64,000 nt of DNA, from assembly GCA_963700635.1 (NCBI GenBank), contig CAVOYH010000003.1, forward strand, positions 1,216,001-1,280,000, read 5' to 3'. Shown here in pieces: positions 37,294 through 47,180 of the stretch. The number at the start of each line of letters is the position of its first letter. Position 1 is the stretch's first letter. Below the pieces are notes generated by a model, which searched no databases, was not told the origin of the DNA, and saw nothing but the letters and a program-made list of their open reading frames with translations. The DNA is from an uncultured Bacteroidota bacterium (GTDB lineage: Bacteria; Bacteroidota; Ignavibacteria; UBA10030; UBA6906). Both the position numbers and the translations under genes were made by a program.

Positions 37294-38631
37294 ATGGTTT
37301 CCATGGAATCAAAACCGGACAAGGAAACAAAAACAGACAAGCAGCACCATTCGGTGGAAGCACAACTGATTTACGGACAGATGGATGACCCTCTCTGGGA
37401 TTACAGCCACCATCTCCTGCCGCCGATGTCTTCGTCCGCAACATTCCGGCTGGATAGCGCGCAACGCGGTGCCCAGGGATTCACCGAATTCGCCCACCGC
37501 ACTGACGAAGTGCAGGTGAAGAGCAAAGCCCCGATCTATATCTACGATCGCCTGGGCGAACCGAACAAGGACATGCTCGAGGCGAATCTGGCGTGCGCTG
37601 AAGGCGGTGACATCGCCGTCACATTTGGAAGCGGTATGGCGGCGATCTCCGGGATCCTCGGCATCCTCACGGGTTCAGGCAGCGAAGTGATCGCCCACAA
37701 GGTGCTGTACGGGTGTTCGTACTCGCTGCTGACAAACTGGTATCCCCGTTTGAAGATCAATGTCAAGTTTGTGGATTTCAGCAATCCGCCTGAAGTGGCC
37801 GCAGCCATCACACGGAATACCCGCGTGCTGTATATGGAATCTCCGGTGAACCCCACGATGCGTCTGGTGGATCTCCGTGCAATCACCCAGATTGCGGAAG
37901 AGGCAAACAAGAACCGGGCTGCTGATGAGCGGTTGCATACCGTTGTGGATAACACGTTTGCCTCGCCATTCTGCCAGAGGCCGATCTCCCTCGGGATTGA
38001 TTTTGTAGTACATTCTCTGACAAAAGCGATCGGGGGCTTTGGCACTGATGTCGGAGGCGTCGTCATTGGGCCCCGCTGGAGCCATGACAGACTGATGCTG
38101 TACCGGAAGGACTTTGGCGGAATTTTGTCGGCGAAAAGCGCCTGGCCTGTGCTTGTAGTCGGGCTCCCTTCCCTCGCAGTCCGGATGCGGCAGATGCAGG
38201 CGACCGCTCAACGGGTTGCGGAGTTTCTTGAACAACGTTCCGAATTCGAGAGGGTTCTGTATCCAGGCCTGCAGTCTTTTCCCCAGGCGGATTTAGCCAG
38301 GCGGCAGATGGTCGATTTTGACGGACTCTTCGCGCCGGGCTCGATGATCTACTTTGTCATGAAGGGAAAAACCGCCCGTGATGCACTCAAGCGGGCCGAA
38401 CGGTTTATCGACCACGTTGCACAAGAAGCGTATTGTATCACACTCGCCGTGAGCCTCGGAAATATCAGAACACTCATAGAACACCCCGGCTCCATGACAC
38501 ACTCCGCCATTCCGGCGGAAGAACAGGTCGGGAAGGGCCTTGAACCCGGGGGTGTCCGGCTCGCGGTGGGGCTGGAGAAGCCGGAAGATATCATCAAGGA
38601 TCTGGCGTTTTCTCTTGACGCAACAACGTGA
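37294..38631 (+). CDS. Methionine gamma-lyase-like PLP enzyme (Cys/Met metabolism family)
   Basis: SGMAAI, LYGC (the Cys typical of methionine gamma-lyases), ESPVNPT, VDNTFA, HSLTK (PLP Lys), LAVSLG, MTHS. Confidence 0.8.
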   Translation: MVSMESKPDKETKTDKQHHSVEAQLIYGQMDDPLWDYSHHLLPPMSSSATFRLDSAQRGAQGFTEFAHRTDEVQVKSKAPIYIYDRLGEPNKDMLEANLACAEGGDIAVTFGSGMAAISGILGILTGSGSEVIAHKVLYGCSYSLLTNWYPRLKINVKFVDFSNPPEVAAAITRNTRVLYMESPVNPTMRLVDLRAITQIAEEANKNRAADERLHTVVDNTFASPFCQRPISLGIDFVVHSLTKAIGGFGTDVGGVVIGPRWSHDRLMLYRKDFGGILSAKSAWPVLVVGLPSLAVRMRQMQATAQRVAEFLEQRSEFERVLYPGLQSFPQADLARRQMVDFDGLFAPGSMIYFVMKGKTARDALKRAERFIDHVAQEAYCITLAVSLGNIRTLIEHPGSMTHSAIPAEEQVGKGLEPGGVRLAVGLEKPEDIIKDLAFSLDATT

Positions 38632-38684
38632 TTGCTCGCATGGCGCGCAGCACTACTGAATAACGAACGCGAGGAGCAGAGCCG

Positions 38685-38975
38685 ATGGCTAAAGGTGCGG
38701 TGACATTCGATATCGAAACCTGCAAAGGATGTGAACTCTGTATCGACGCATGTCCGCAGGGAAGTCTTCAGATCTCTCCCAGGATTAATACCCAGGGGTA
38801 TCATTACGCCGTCCTGATAGAAGACAATTGCACCGGTTGTACGAATTGTGCACTTGTGTGCCCCGATGCCGTGATTACCGTGTACCGTGAAACCAAGAAG
38901 GCAAAAGTTCCTGTTGCACGGATTTCACAGGTGACGGAAAATATTACCGTGACACTGACCGACGAAAGGAAATAG
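38685..38975 (+). CDS. 2-oxoacid:ferredoxin oxidoreductase delta subunit (2[4Fe-4S])
   Basis: CKGCELCIDACP and CTGCTNCALVCPD. Confidence 0.9.
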   Translation: MAKGAVTFDIETCKGCELCIDACPQGSLQISPRINTQGYHYAVLIEDNCTGCTNCALVCPDAVITVYRETKKAKVPVARISQVTENITVTLTDERK

Positions 38976-38977
38976 TC

Positions 38978-40066
38978 GTGGGTGACATTCGACTCATGAA
39001 AGGAAATGAGGCGCTTGCAGAAGCCGCCATCCGCGCCGGCTGCCAGGCCTATTTTGGTTATCCCATCACGCCACAATCAGAGGTGCTGGAGTACCTCGCC
39101 GATGAAGGGCGTAAGCGCGGTATGATTGTCCTGCAGGCGGAAAGCGAAGTGGCGTCTATCAACATGGTCTATGGCGCCGCCGGTGCAGGAGCACGAGTCA
39201 TGACATCATCATCCAGTCCGGGCATGAGCCTGATGATGGAGGGGGTGTCGTATATCGCCTGCGCTGAATTGCCGTGTCTGCTCGTGAATGTGAACAGAGG
39301 GGGACCGGGTCTCGGAACCATCCAGCCTTCTCAGAGCGACTACTTCCAGGCAGTGAAGGGAGGCGGCCATGGTGATTACCGGTTGATCGTGCTTGCCCCC
39401 TCCAGCGTGCATGAAATGGCGGATTTTGTGTATGAGGCGTTTGATCTGGCGGACACCTACCGGAATCCGGTAATGATTCTTACCGACGGCGCACTCGGAC
39501 AGATGATGGAAAAGGTAGAGTTCCGGGAGTATGATCCTGCGCAACATAAGAACCCCAAGCCATGGGCGACCACCGGAAAACCTTCTACCCGTCCGCCGAA
39601 TGTGATTACGTCTCTTCATATGCAAGCCGAAAAGATGGAAGAAGTGAACCGGAAACTTCAGAAGAAATACGCGACGATTCAGGAACGTGAAGTGAGATAT
39701 GAACTCCTGGAAGCGGAGGATGCAGAGTACCTCGTCGTTGCGTACGGGCTGGCGGCCCGGATCGCACACCGCGGCGTGGAAATTGCCCGGGCGAAGGGTC
39801 ACAAGGTCGGACTGCTCCGTCCGATTACGCTGTTTCCCTATCCGAGTACGGTGCTGCAGTCTCTTGCAGCACGTCTACAGGGAATCCTGGTTGTCGAAAT
39901 GAACGCCGGCCAGATGGTGGAGGATGTCCGCCTGGCCGTCGAAGGACGTACGCCGGTCAGTTTCTACGGGCGGATGGGAGGCGTTATCCCGTCTCCTAAC
40001 GAAGTCGCCGATGCTCTGGACCGGATGATCACCAAAACCGTCACACATCCCGTGGAGGCGAACTGA
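38978..40066 (+). CDS. vorB: 2-oxoacid:ferredoxin oxidoreductase alpha subunit (VorB-type)
   Basis: MKGNEA, YFGYPITPQSE, QAESE, RGGPGLG, VEMNAGQM. Confidence 0.88.
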   Translation: MGDIRLMKGNEALAEAAIRAGCQAYFGYPITPQSEVLEYLADEGRKRGMIVLQAESEVASINMVYGAAGAGARVMTSSSSPGMSLMMEGVSYIACAELPCLLVNVNRGGPGLGTIQPSQSDYFQAVKGGGHGDYRLIVLAPSSVHEMADFVYEAFDLADTYRNPVMILTDGALGQMMEKVEFREYDPAQHKNPKPWATTGKPSTRPPNVITSLHMQAEKMEEVNRKLQKKYATIQEREVRYELLEAEDAEYLVVAYGLAARIAHRGVEIARAKGHKVGLLRPITLFPYPSTVLQSLAARLQGILVVEMNAGQMVEDVRLAVEGRTPVSFYGRMGGVIPSPNEVADALDRMITKTVTHPVEAN

Positions 40067-40067
40067 C

Positions 40068-40853
40068 ATGGCACAGGAGATTCTGCAGGAGATGATAACA
40101 CCTGATCTCGAGGGGATGGAGTGTGTGTACGAACGTCCGGAAACGCTGCTGGATACGCGGTTCCACTATTGCCCCGGTTGCGGGCACAGTGTTGTCCATC
40201 GTGTCCTGATGGAGGTGATCCAGGAGCTCGGGATTACAGACAAGACCGTGGGTATCGCACCGGTGGGATGTTCGGTTCTGGCATATCATTACATGGGTAT
40301 TGACATGCAGGAAGCCGCGCACGGACGGGCGAGTGCTGTGGCGACCGCCGTCAAGCGGATTCTCCCGGACCGGTTTGTATTTTCCTATCAGGGTGACGGC
40401 GACCTCGCCGCCATCGGCACAGCCGAGACCATTCATACGTGTAACCGAGGCGAAAACATCTTGATGATCTTTATCAACAATGGGATTTATGGGATGACCG
40501 GCGGTCAGATGGCACCCACGACGCTGCTCGGGATGAAGACATCCACATCGCCGGCAGGGCGGACCGTGGAAACGGCCGGTCACCCGCTGAAGATTACCGA
40601 GCTGGTAGCACAGCTCCCCGGCGTTGCCTATGTCACGCGTCAGTCGGTTCACGCACCCAATGCCGTGCGTCAGCTGAAAAAATCTCTGACCAAGGCATTT
40701 CAATATCAGAAAGAATCACGAGGGACCTGTTTCATCGAGGTCGTATCCAATTGCCCGTCGGGATGGAAAATGACGCCCGCCGAGTCCAATACGTGGCTCG
40801 TGGAAAACATGTTTCCAGTCTATCCGCCCGGTGATCTCCGGACACCACAATAA
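40068..40853 (+). CDS. 2-oxoacid:ferredoxin oxidoreductase beta (TPP-binding) subunit
   Basis: YCPGCGH, HGRA, QGDGDL...NNGIYGMTGGQ, SNCP. Confidence 0.92.
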   Translation: MAQEILQEMITPDLEGMECVYERPETLLDTRFHYCPGCGHSVVHRVLMEVIQELGITDKTVGIAPVGCSVLAYHYMGIDMQEAAHGRASAVATAVKRILPDRFVFSYQGDGDLAAIGTAETIHTCNRGENILMIFINNGIYGMTGGQMAPTTLLGMKTSTSPAGRTVETAGHPLKITELVAQLPGVAYVTRQSVHAPNAVRQLKKSLTKAFQYQKESRGTCFIEVVSNCPSGWKMTPAESNTWLVENMFPVYPPGDLRTPQ

Positions 40854-40891
40854 GGACGATTATCAAGCTGACCGAGAACAAAGGATCTGTT

Positions 40892-41443
40892 ATGACTCAT
40901 GAAATGCTCATTGCGGGTTTTGGCGGCCAGGGTGTGTTGTCGATGGGAATGACTCTCGCCTATGCCGGCATGATCGAAGGGAAGGAAATCACCTGGATGC
41001 CTTCCTACGGTCCCGAAATGCGCGGCGGTACGGCGAATTGTATTGTCATTGTGTCGGATCAACGGATTAATTCGCCGATCGTCACAACGTTCGATACCGT
41101 CATCGCACTGAACCAGCCGTCCCTTGACAAGTTTGAACAGGCTGTAAAACCCGGTGGACTGCTTCTGTACGATTCCACAAGTACGATCACGCCGCCAACA
41201 CGGACGGATATTCAGTTGCTCGGCATTCCGGCGGGCGACGAAGCGGTGAAACTCAAAAACACGAAGGTGTTGAACATGATCGTGCTCGGGGCCTTCCTCG
41301 ACCGGTCGCATGTCCTGGATATGTCGGCAATTCTCAAAGCCCTGAGCAAAGTTCTTCCGGAACGGTATCACCATCTCCTTCCGGTCAATGAGCAGGCGCT
41401 CCGGCGTGGCGTGGAGCTCTCAGGTCAACCCGTGTCAGCGTAA
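40892..41443 (+). CDS. 2-oxoacid:ferredoxin oxidoreductase gamma subunit
   Basis: AGFGGQG, PSYGPEMRGG, NMIVLGA. Confidence 0.92.
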   Translation: MTHEMLIAGFGGQGVLSMGMTLAYAGMIEGKEITWMPSYGPEMRGGTANCIVIVSDQRINSPIVTTFDTVIALNQPSLDKFEQAVKPGGLLLYDSTSTITPPTRTDIQLLGIPAGDEAVKLKNTKVLNMIVLGAFLDRSHVLDMSAILKALSKVLPERYHHLLPVNEQALRRGVELSGQPVSA

Positions 41444-41508
41444 GCGGCCGGGGGTAGTGGAAAAGACAACGTACTCACGAAGTGGATTCGTCCGGAGGAG
41501 AGGATTCT

Positions 41509-41757
41509 ATGGCCCCACCATGCGTACATTCCTGCAAAGGGTTGTGTAACGCGTTAAAAGCCGCTGAACACCGTGAAAAAGAGAATCTTGCTGAATACCG
41601 GCGTTTTGCTGCGGAGTGTGACTACCCTGAGGTGAAGCAGATCCTGGATTCACTCGTTGCCGAGCGTGAGCAAACGCTGGTCATGCTCAAAGAAAAACGG
41701 GAGATCCTTGCCCAGAAGTTCGAAGTCATTGATCGTATCAACGACAGTTTCGCGTGA
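41509..41757 (+). CDS. Small half-ferritin-like protein with an N-terminal CxxxCxxxC
   Basis: GGAGG SD; A.HRE....Y..FA....PEVK..L..L...E pattern of a rubrerythrin half. Confidence 0.6.
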   Translation: MAPPCVHSCKGLCNALKAAEHREKENLAEYRRFAAECDYPEVKQILDSLVAEREQTLVMLKEKREILAQKFEVIDRINDSFA

Positions 41758-41760
41758 CCC

Positions 41761-42012
41761 ATGGCACACCCACCGCACGATAAACTGAATTGGACCGATT
41801 TGTCGATCCAGGATATTCTCGAGCTCGCTATCGAGGACGAAATTGAGGCACGCGATTACTATACGACTGCGGCCGACCACGCAGGAGACAGCAACACCCG
41901 GCGCATGTTGCTCGAGCTTGCCGGGATGGAGCAGGGACATGCCGATGTGCTTCGCAAGGAGCTGGAAGACCTCCGGCTGCAGCGGGATCTGGAAACGGGA
42001 ATGGCTGACTGA
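41761..42012 (+). CDS. Half-rubrerythrin/ferritin family protein
   Basis: LELAIEDEIEARDYY...LAGMEQGH (E..E and ExxH ligands). Confidence 0.8.
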   Translation: MAHPPHDKLNWTDLSIQDILELAIEDEIEARDYYTTAADHAGDSNTRRMLLELAGMEQGHADVLRKELEDLRLQRDLETGMAD

Positions 42013-42090
42013 GCCGTACCGGTATCATCGGCACGAACGTCCCCATAGTCACCCTCAAGCATAATCACGAAACGGAGCCCCGATCGATCT

Positions 42091-43209
42091 ATGAGCAAAT
42101 ACACTATTGCATGGCTGCCTGGTGATGGGATTGGTAATGATGTGATGGAGGCTACCCGGCTTGTTCTGGACCGTATTCATCTGGACGCCGAATATATTCA
42201 CGGGGATATCGGGTGGGAATTCTGGTGTAAAGAGGGAGAGGCGTTCCCGCAGCGCACGACCGAGCTCCTTGGCCGGGTACACGCCGCCATGTTCGGCGCC
42301 ATTACCTCCAAGCCGGTAAAAGCCGCGGAAGCGGAACTCGTGCCCGAACTCAGGGGAAAAGGCCTCATCTATCGCTCTCCCATCGTCCGGATGCGGCAGA
42401 TGTTTGATCTGTATACCTGCCTTCGTCCGTGTAAGGCCTATGCCGGAAACCCCTTGAACCTGAAAGACGGAATCGATCTGGTTGTCTTCCGTGAAAACAC
42501 CGAGGACCTCTATGCCGGAGTTGAATTCCATCCCGTTCCCAAAGAACTCGCAGGTGTGCTGGAGAAGCTCTCGAAGCCGTTTCATGTGTTCAAAGATATC
42601 CCCTCCGACCAGTATGCTATTTCCTGCAAAGTGAATACCCAGAAGGGATCTGAACGGATTGTGAGGGCGGCGTTCGAGTTTGCAAAGAAACACAAGCGCC
42701 GCAAAGTGACCGTCGTGCATAAGGCGAACGTTGTCCGGGCGACCGATGGGCTCTTTCTGGAAGAAGCGAGGAAGGTCGCCCGTGCGTATCCCGACATTCA
42801 GTTTGACGAAGCCAACGTGGATGCCATTTGTATGTGGTTGCTTAAAAACCCGTTCAATTATGAAGTACTCGTCGCACCAAACCTCTATGGCGATATCATC
42901 TCCGATCTGGCCGCCCAGATGGTCGGCGGGCTTGGTTTCGGTTGCTCGGGGAATATCGGCCAGAAACTTGCCGTGTTTGAACCTTCGCACGGTTCCGCCC
43001 CCAAGTATGCAGGCCAGTATAAAGTGAACCCGATCGCCACCATCCTCGCGGCAAAAATGATGCTGGACTGGCTGGGGGAGACCGAAAAGGGGATTCAACT
43101 CGAGCGCGCAACGGCAGCCGTCATCAAGGAAGGCCGCGTCCGTACATACGACATGGGCGGGTCCAGCTCCACAATGGAGATGGCAGAAGCCATTAACGCA
43201 CACCTATGA
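42091..43209 (+). CDS. Isocitrate/isopropylmalate family beta-decarboxylating dehydrogenase
   Basis: PGDGIG, YRSPIVRMR, RENTEDLY, VHKANV, NLYGDIISD, FEPSHGSAP. Confidence 0.92.
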   Translation: MSKYTIAWLPGDGIGNDVMEATRLVLDRIHLDAEYIHGDIGWEFWCKEGEAFPQRTTELLGRVHAAMFGAITSKPVKAAEAELVPELRGKGLIYRSPIVRMRQMFDLYTCLRPCKAYAGNPLNLKDGIDLVVFRENTEDLYAGVEFHPVPKELAGVLEKLSKPFHVFKDIPSDQYAISCKVNTQKGSERIVRAAFEFAKKHKRRKVTVVHKANVVRATDGLFLEEARKVARAYPDIQFDEANVDAICMWLLKNPFNYEVLVAPNLYGDIISDLAAQMVGGLGFGCSGNIGQKLAVFEPSHGSAPKYAGQYKVNPIATILAAKMMLDWLGETEKGIQLERATAAVIKEGRVRTYDMGGSSSTMEMAEAINAHL

Positions 43210-44117
43210 GTCCAACAGGGCTCATACTGCACGAGGTCGGACTCCGGGATGGACTTCAAATGGAACACACACCCGTTCCGACCGAAAAAAAGATTCAGTG
43301 GGTCAGAGAGCTCGCAGCAACCGGACTGGATGTCCTCCAGGTAGGCTCCTTCGTCCATCCGACGAAGGTTCCGCAGATGGCTGACACGGATGAGCTTTTC
43401 CGGCAGCTGATGGTGCCCGGCATGATGCCCCCGAGTGTGGTTCTTTCCGGCCTCGTGCTGAACGAGAAGGGACTCGAACGCGGACTGACCTGCGGCGTCC
43501 CCATGTTCTGCATGGGGGTATCGGCAAGTGAGACACACAGTAAGAAAAACACCGGCATGTCGGTATCGGAAGCGACGGACCGGATACTTGCGATGGGAAA
43601 ACTGGCGTTGCAGGAAAACCGCTCAGTACAGGTTTCCGTGCAATCGGCGTTCGGTTGCGGGTACGAAGGCCACGTTACCCCGGAGCGCGTCGTGTCTATC
43701 GTGAGCCGCTACATCGAAAACGGGTTCGTGCATATCAGTCTTGCCGATACCGCCGGCCATGCAACACCGGATCTGGTGGAGACACTTTTTACAACCATCA
43801 GCAAACTCGACGGCGCTGCTGAATTTGCCTGCCACTTCCACAATACATACGGCATGGCCATCGCCAATTGTCTTGCCGCCAGACGTGCGGGGGTACGCTC
43901 GTTCGAGTCGTCCGTCGCCGGCCTCGGCGGCTGTCCGTTCACAAAGGTTGCCGGTGGAAACGTGTGCACGGAAGATTTTGTGCACATGCTGCACCGCATG
44001 GGAATGCGTACTGATGTGCGGCTTGAGGGATTGATTGCGGTCGCACAGGATGTGGCATCTTTTTTCAATCGGGAAATGCCCGGGATGGTTTACAAGACGG
44101 GACCAATAAGGTCGTAA
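43206..44117 (+). CDS. HMG-CoA lyase family enzyme
   Basis: EVGLRDGLQ, GSFVHP..VPQMAD, ASETHS..N, ADTAG, HFHNT, GLGGCPF...GN..TED; no regulatory domain. Confidence 0.9.
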   Translation: MSPTGLILHEVGLRDGLQMEHTPVPTEKKIQWVRELAATGLDVLQVGSFVHPTKVPQMADTDELFRQLMVPGMMPPSVVLSGLVLNEKGLERGLTCGVPMFCMGVSASETHSKKNTGMSVSEATDRILAMGKLALQENRSVQVSVQSAFGCGYEGHVTPERVVSIVSRYIENGFVHISLADTAGHATPDLVETLFTTISKLDGAAEFACHFHNTYGMAIANCLAARRAGVRSFESSVAGLGGCPFTKVAGGNVCTEDFVHMLHRMGMRTDVRLEGLIAVAQDVASFFNREMPGMVYKTGPIRS

Positions 44118-44119
44118 CG

Positions 44120-45325
44120 ATGACCGCACACCGCTCACTCCTTGCCGGTATCCGCGTTCTGGACCTCACGAACGTTCTCTCCGGGCCATTTGCCACCTTG
44201 CATCTTGCACTGCTCGGCGCGGAAGTGATCAAGATCGAGAATCCAAAAGACGGAGACCTGGCGCGCAAACTCGGTTGTGTTCCAAAGTATAACCAGATGC
44301 TCATGGGCACCAGCTTTCTTGCCCAGAACGCCAACAAGAAGTCTCTGACGCTCAATCTCAAATCCGCTGAAGGAAAAGAGATTTTCGAGAAATTGGTGGC
44401 GACAGCGGACGTTGTTGTGGAGAATTTCCGCCCCGATGTTATGGGCCGGCTGGGATTGTCGTACGATGTGCTTCGTGGTATCAATCCCCGGCTGATCTAT
44501 TGCGGGATTTCAGGCTTCGGACAGCATGGCCCGGACGCGCTAAAACCTGCATATGACCAGATCATCCAGGGCTTAAGCGGTGAGATGGCCATCAACGGTG
44601 ACGAGCGGCTGAGCCCCCTGCGCGCGGGCTTCCCGGTCTGTGATACCGTAGGCGGATTGAATGCCGCATTTGCCATCATGGCTGCTCTTTTCTGGCGCGA
44701 GCGCACGGGCGAGGGCCAATCGGTTGATGTGGCACTTCTGGACTCCATCATGCCGCTGATGGGGTGGGTCGTGGCAAATCTTATGATCGGCGGTCAACAA
44801 CCGGTTCTTATGGGGAATGACAACTTTACGGCTGCACCATCGGGTGTGTTCGCGACTCAGGATGGATTCATCAACATCGCAGCGAACAAGCAGGAGCAGT
44901 GGGAAGCGGTAGCGGATGTGCTCGGCCTCCCCGGGCTGAAAACAGATCCCCGGTTTCAGGAACGTGATACTCGCAAAAAGAACCGCAAGGCCCTGACACC
45001 ATTGCTCGAGGAAAAACTGAAGGACCACAACACCGCATTTTGGGTGGAAGTTCTTAATGCGCACGATGTTCCTTCCGGCGCCATATTAACTCTTGAACAA
45101 TCAATGCATCAGCCTCAGGTCGAACACCGCAAGACATTTGGAACGGTCGACGTGGAAGGTATCGGCACAATTCCGCTGTTCAACCTGACTGCCAAATTCG
45201 AAAAGACGCCCGGGATGGTTGTAACCCCGCCTCCAAAACTTGGAGAGCACAACGGAGAGATCCTGAAGTCTCTTGGTTATGAGGAAGCGCAGATTGCCGG
45301 TCTCAAAGGCCGTAACGTCATTTAG
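44120..45325 (+). CDS. Class III (CaiB/BaiF) CoA-transferase
   Basis: LAGIRVLDLT, GAEVIKIE..GD, NKKS, ENFRP, PAYD (catalytic Asp), PPKLGEH. Confidence 0.93.
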   Translation: MTAHRSLLAGIRVLDLTNVLSGPFATLHLALLGAEVIKIENPKDGDLARKLGCVPKYNQMLMGTSFLAQNANKKSLTLNLKSAEGKEIFEKLVATADVVVENFRPDVMGRLGLSYDVLRGINPRLIYCGISGFGQHGPDALKPAYDQIIQGLSGEMAINGDERLSPLRAGFPVCDTVGGLNAAFAIMAALFWRERTGEGQSVDVALLDSIMPLMGWVVANLMIGGQQPVLMGNDNFTAAPSGVFATQDGFINIAANKQEQWEAVADVLGLPGLKTDPRFQERDTRKKNRKALTPLLEEKLKDHNTAFWVEVLNAHDVPSGAILTLEQSMHQPQVEHRKTFGTVDVEGIGTIPLFNLTAKFEKTPGMVVTPPPKLGEHNGEILKSLGYEEAQIAGLKGRNVI

Positions 45326-45359
45326 GAGAGAACCTGGAAACATCACCACGAGGTCGTGT

Positions 45360-46649
45360 ATGGGAATGACAATTGTTGAAAAGATCCTTGCGCGCGCCAG
45401 TGCACAAAAAGCGGTCAGGGCCGGTGACGTCCTGGAACCGCGTGTTGATCTTGCAATGTCGCATGAGAATGCCGCACTTGTCATCAATCAGTTTCTTGAG
45501 ATCTACAAAGGCACAGGGCTTGAACCGACGGTCTGGGATCCCTCACGTGTGGCCATCATCTTTGACCACAGGGTGCCTGCAGAATCGGCGAAAACGGCAA
45601 CCAACCAGAAGAAGGTGCGCGAATTTGTTGCACGCCACATGATCAAGAAGTTTCATGACATCCGGGGCGACAGGGGTGGGATCTGCCACCAGATCCTCCC
45701 CGAAAGCGGATACGTGCGTCCGGGCTCCGTGGTGGTCGGCACCGATTCCCACACCACGAGTCATGGTGCGCTCGGAGCGTTTGCTTTTGGCATCGGAGCG
45801 ACGGAGATGGCCAGCGTATGGACTCTGGGGTATGCAGTGAACGTTGAGGTCCCGGCAACCATAAAGGTGGAAGTGACGGGTGACTTTCCCCGTATGGTCA
45901 GTCCGAAAGACCTGATTCTTCATGTGATCGGCACACTGTCGGCCCAGGGAGCGAACTTCCGCGTCATCGAGTTTCATGGCCCGACAATCAGTCGCATGTC
46001 CACGTCCGGCCGTCTGGTGATCTGTAATATGTCCGTCGAAGCAGGCGCGACCTCCGGTATCGTTCCGGCTGACGCGGAAACAGAGTCCTATCTCCGCGAA
46101 GAGGCGGGAGTTCAGGACCCGATAATTCCGGTGCTGCCCGATCCGGATGCGGTGTATGAAAAGACAGTTACGTTCGATGTTTCAAAACTCACACCGCAGG
46201 TCGCGTGTCCTCATACGGTTGATAATGTGAAGTCCGTTGAGCTGGTCTCCGGGACGCGCATCCATCAGGTGGTCATCGGTTCCTGCACCAACGGGCGGCT
46301 GGACGACATTGCCGCCGCCGCCGCGATCGTCCGGGGGAAAAGTGTCGCGTCCACGACGAGAATGCTGGTCTTTCCGGCCTCGGGCAGGATATATCAACGG
46401 GCCCTGGAGCACGGGTATGTGGCCGATCTCATCGGCGCCGGTGCCGTCGTGATGAATCCGGGATGCGGCCCGTGTCTCGGCATTCATGAAGGTGCGTTAG
46501 GCGATGGTGAAGTGGCCCTGTCCACAACCAACAGAAACTTCAAGGGACGGATGGGAAATCCGACCGCGGAAGTGTATCTCTGTTCTCCGGCCGTTGCGGC
46601 TGCATCGGCGATCGCCGGCGAAATAACCGATCCAAGGAAGGGGGCGTAA
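45360..46649 (+). CDS. Isopropylmalate/homoaconitase-type dehydratase, large subunit
   Basis: DHRVP, GICHQ, TDSHT, GSCTNGR, GCGPCLG, TNRNFKGRMG. Confidence 0.93.
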   Translation: MGMTIVEKILARASAQKAVRAGDVLEPRVDLAMSHENAALVINQFLEIYKGTGLEPTVWDPSRVAIIFDHRVPAESAKTATNQKKVREFVARHMIKKFHDIRGDRGGICHQILPESGYVRPGSVVVGTDSHTTSHGALGAFAFGIGATEMASVWTLGYAVNVEVPATIKVEVTGDFPRMVSPKDLILHVIGTLSAQGANFRVIEFHGPTISRMSTSGRLVICNMSVEAGATSGIVPADAETESYLREEAGVQDPIIPVLPDPDAVYEKTVTFDVSKLTPQVACPHTVDNVKSVELVSGTRIHQVVIGSCTNGRLDDIAAAAAIVRGKSVASTTRMLVFPASGRIYQRALEHGYVADLIGAGAVVMNPGCGPCLGIHEGALGDGEVALSTTNRNFKGRMGNPTAEVYLCSPAVAAASAIAGEITDPRKGA

Positions 46650-46654
46650 AGGCC

Positions 46655-47170
46655 ATGGCGAAAGTGGTGTACTCCATCGGTGACGATATTTCGACAGATG
46701 TTATCTATCCCGGCCGTTACATGGCAACCGTACTGCCAACGGAAACCCCTCAGTTTGCGTTTGCCGATGATGCCGCATTCAACGACCAGCTCAGGAACAA
46801 ACAGATTCCTCCGGGAAGTATCATTGCCGCCGGCGGGAACTTTGGATGTGGCTCTTCCCGCGAGCAGGCGGTATCCACCCTGAAGGGATATGACCTTGTG
46901 ATCGTGGCACGCAGCATTGCGCGTATTTTTATGCAGAACGCGGTCAACCTGGGACTACGGCTGGTTGTTGCACCCGGCTGGGAAGCGTCCGCGGGTGACG
47001 ACATCGAATTGGCGGAGGAGCATGTGGTCAACCGGACAACAGGCCAGCGGTATACAATCGAGCGTCTTCCCCGCGCACGGCAGGCGATCGTCGATGCAGG
47101 CGGTCTGATTTCGTATACACGCAAGCGACTCGTTGAAGGATCCACTCTCACTCCCCCGACACGAGGCTGA
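46655..47170 (+). CDS. Isopropylmalate/homoaconitase-type dehydratase, small subunit
   Basis: DDISTDVIYPGRY, NFGCGSSREQA, ARIF..NAVNLG, GGL. Confidence 0.92.
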   Translation: MAKVVYSIGDDISTDVIYPGRYMATVLPTETPQFAFADDAAFNDQLRNKQIPPGSIIAAGGNFGCGSSREQAVSTLKGYDLVIVARSIARIFMQNAVNLGLRLVVAPGWEASAGDDIELAEEHVVNRTTGQRYTIERLPRARQAIVDAGGLISYTRKRLVEGSTLTPPTRG

Positions 47171-47180
47171 CGAGGATATC

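Noticed and set aside
42055-43203. 382-aa minus-strand ORF
   Set aside because: Antisense shadow of the dehydrogenase gene, expected from GC-rich codon bias.
42091-47170. Ordinary leuABCD operon
   Set aside because: The TIM-barrel enzyme has HMG-CoA lyase motifs (GLGGCPF, VPQMAD) rather than the LeuA G.GER.GN motif, and a CoA-transferase is embedded.
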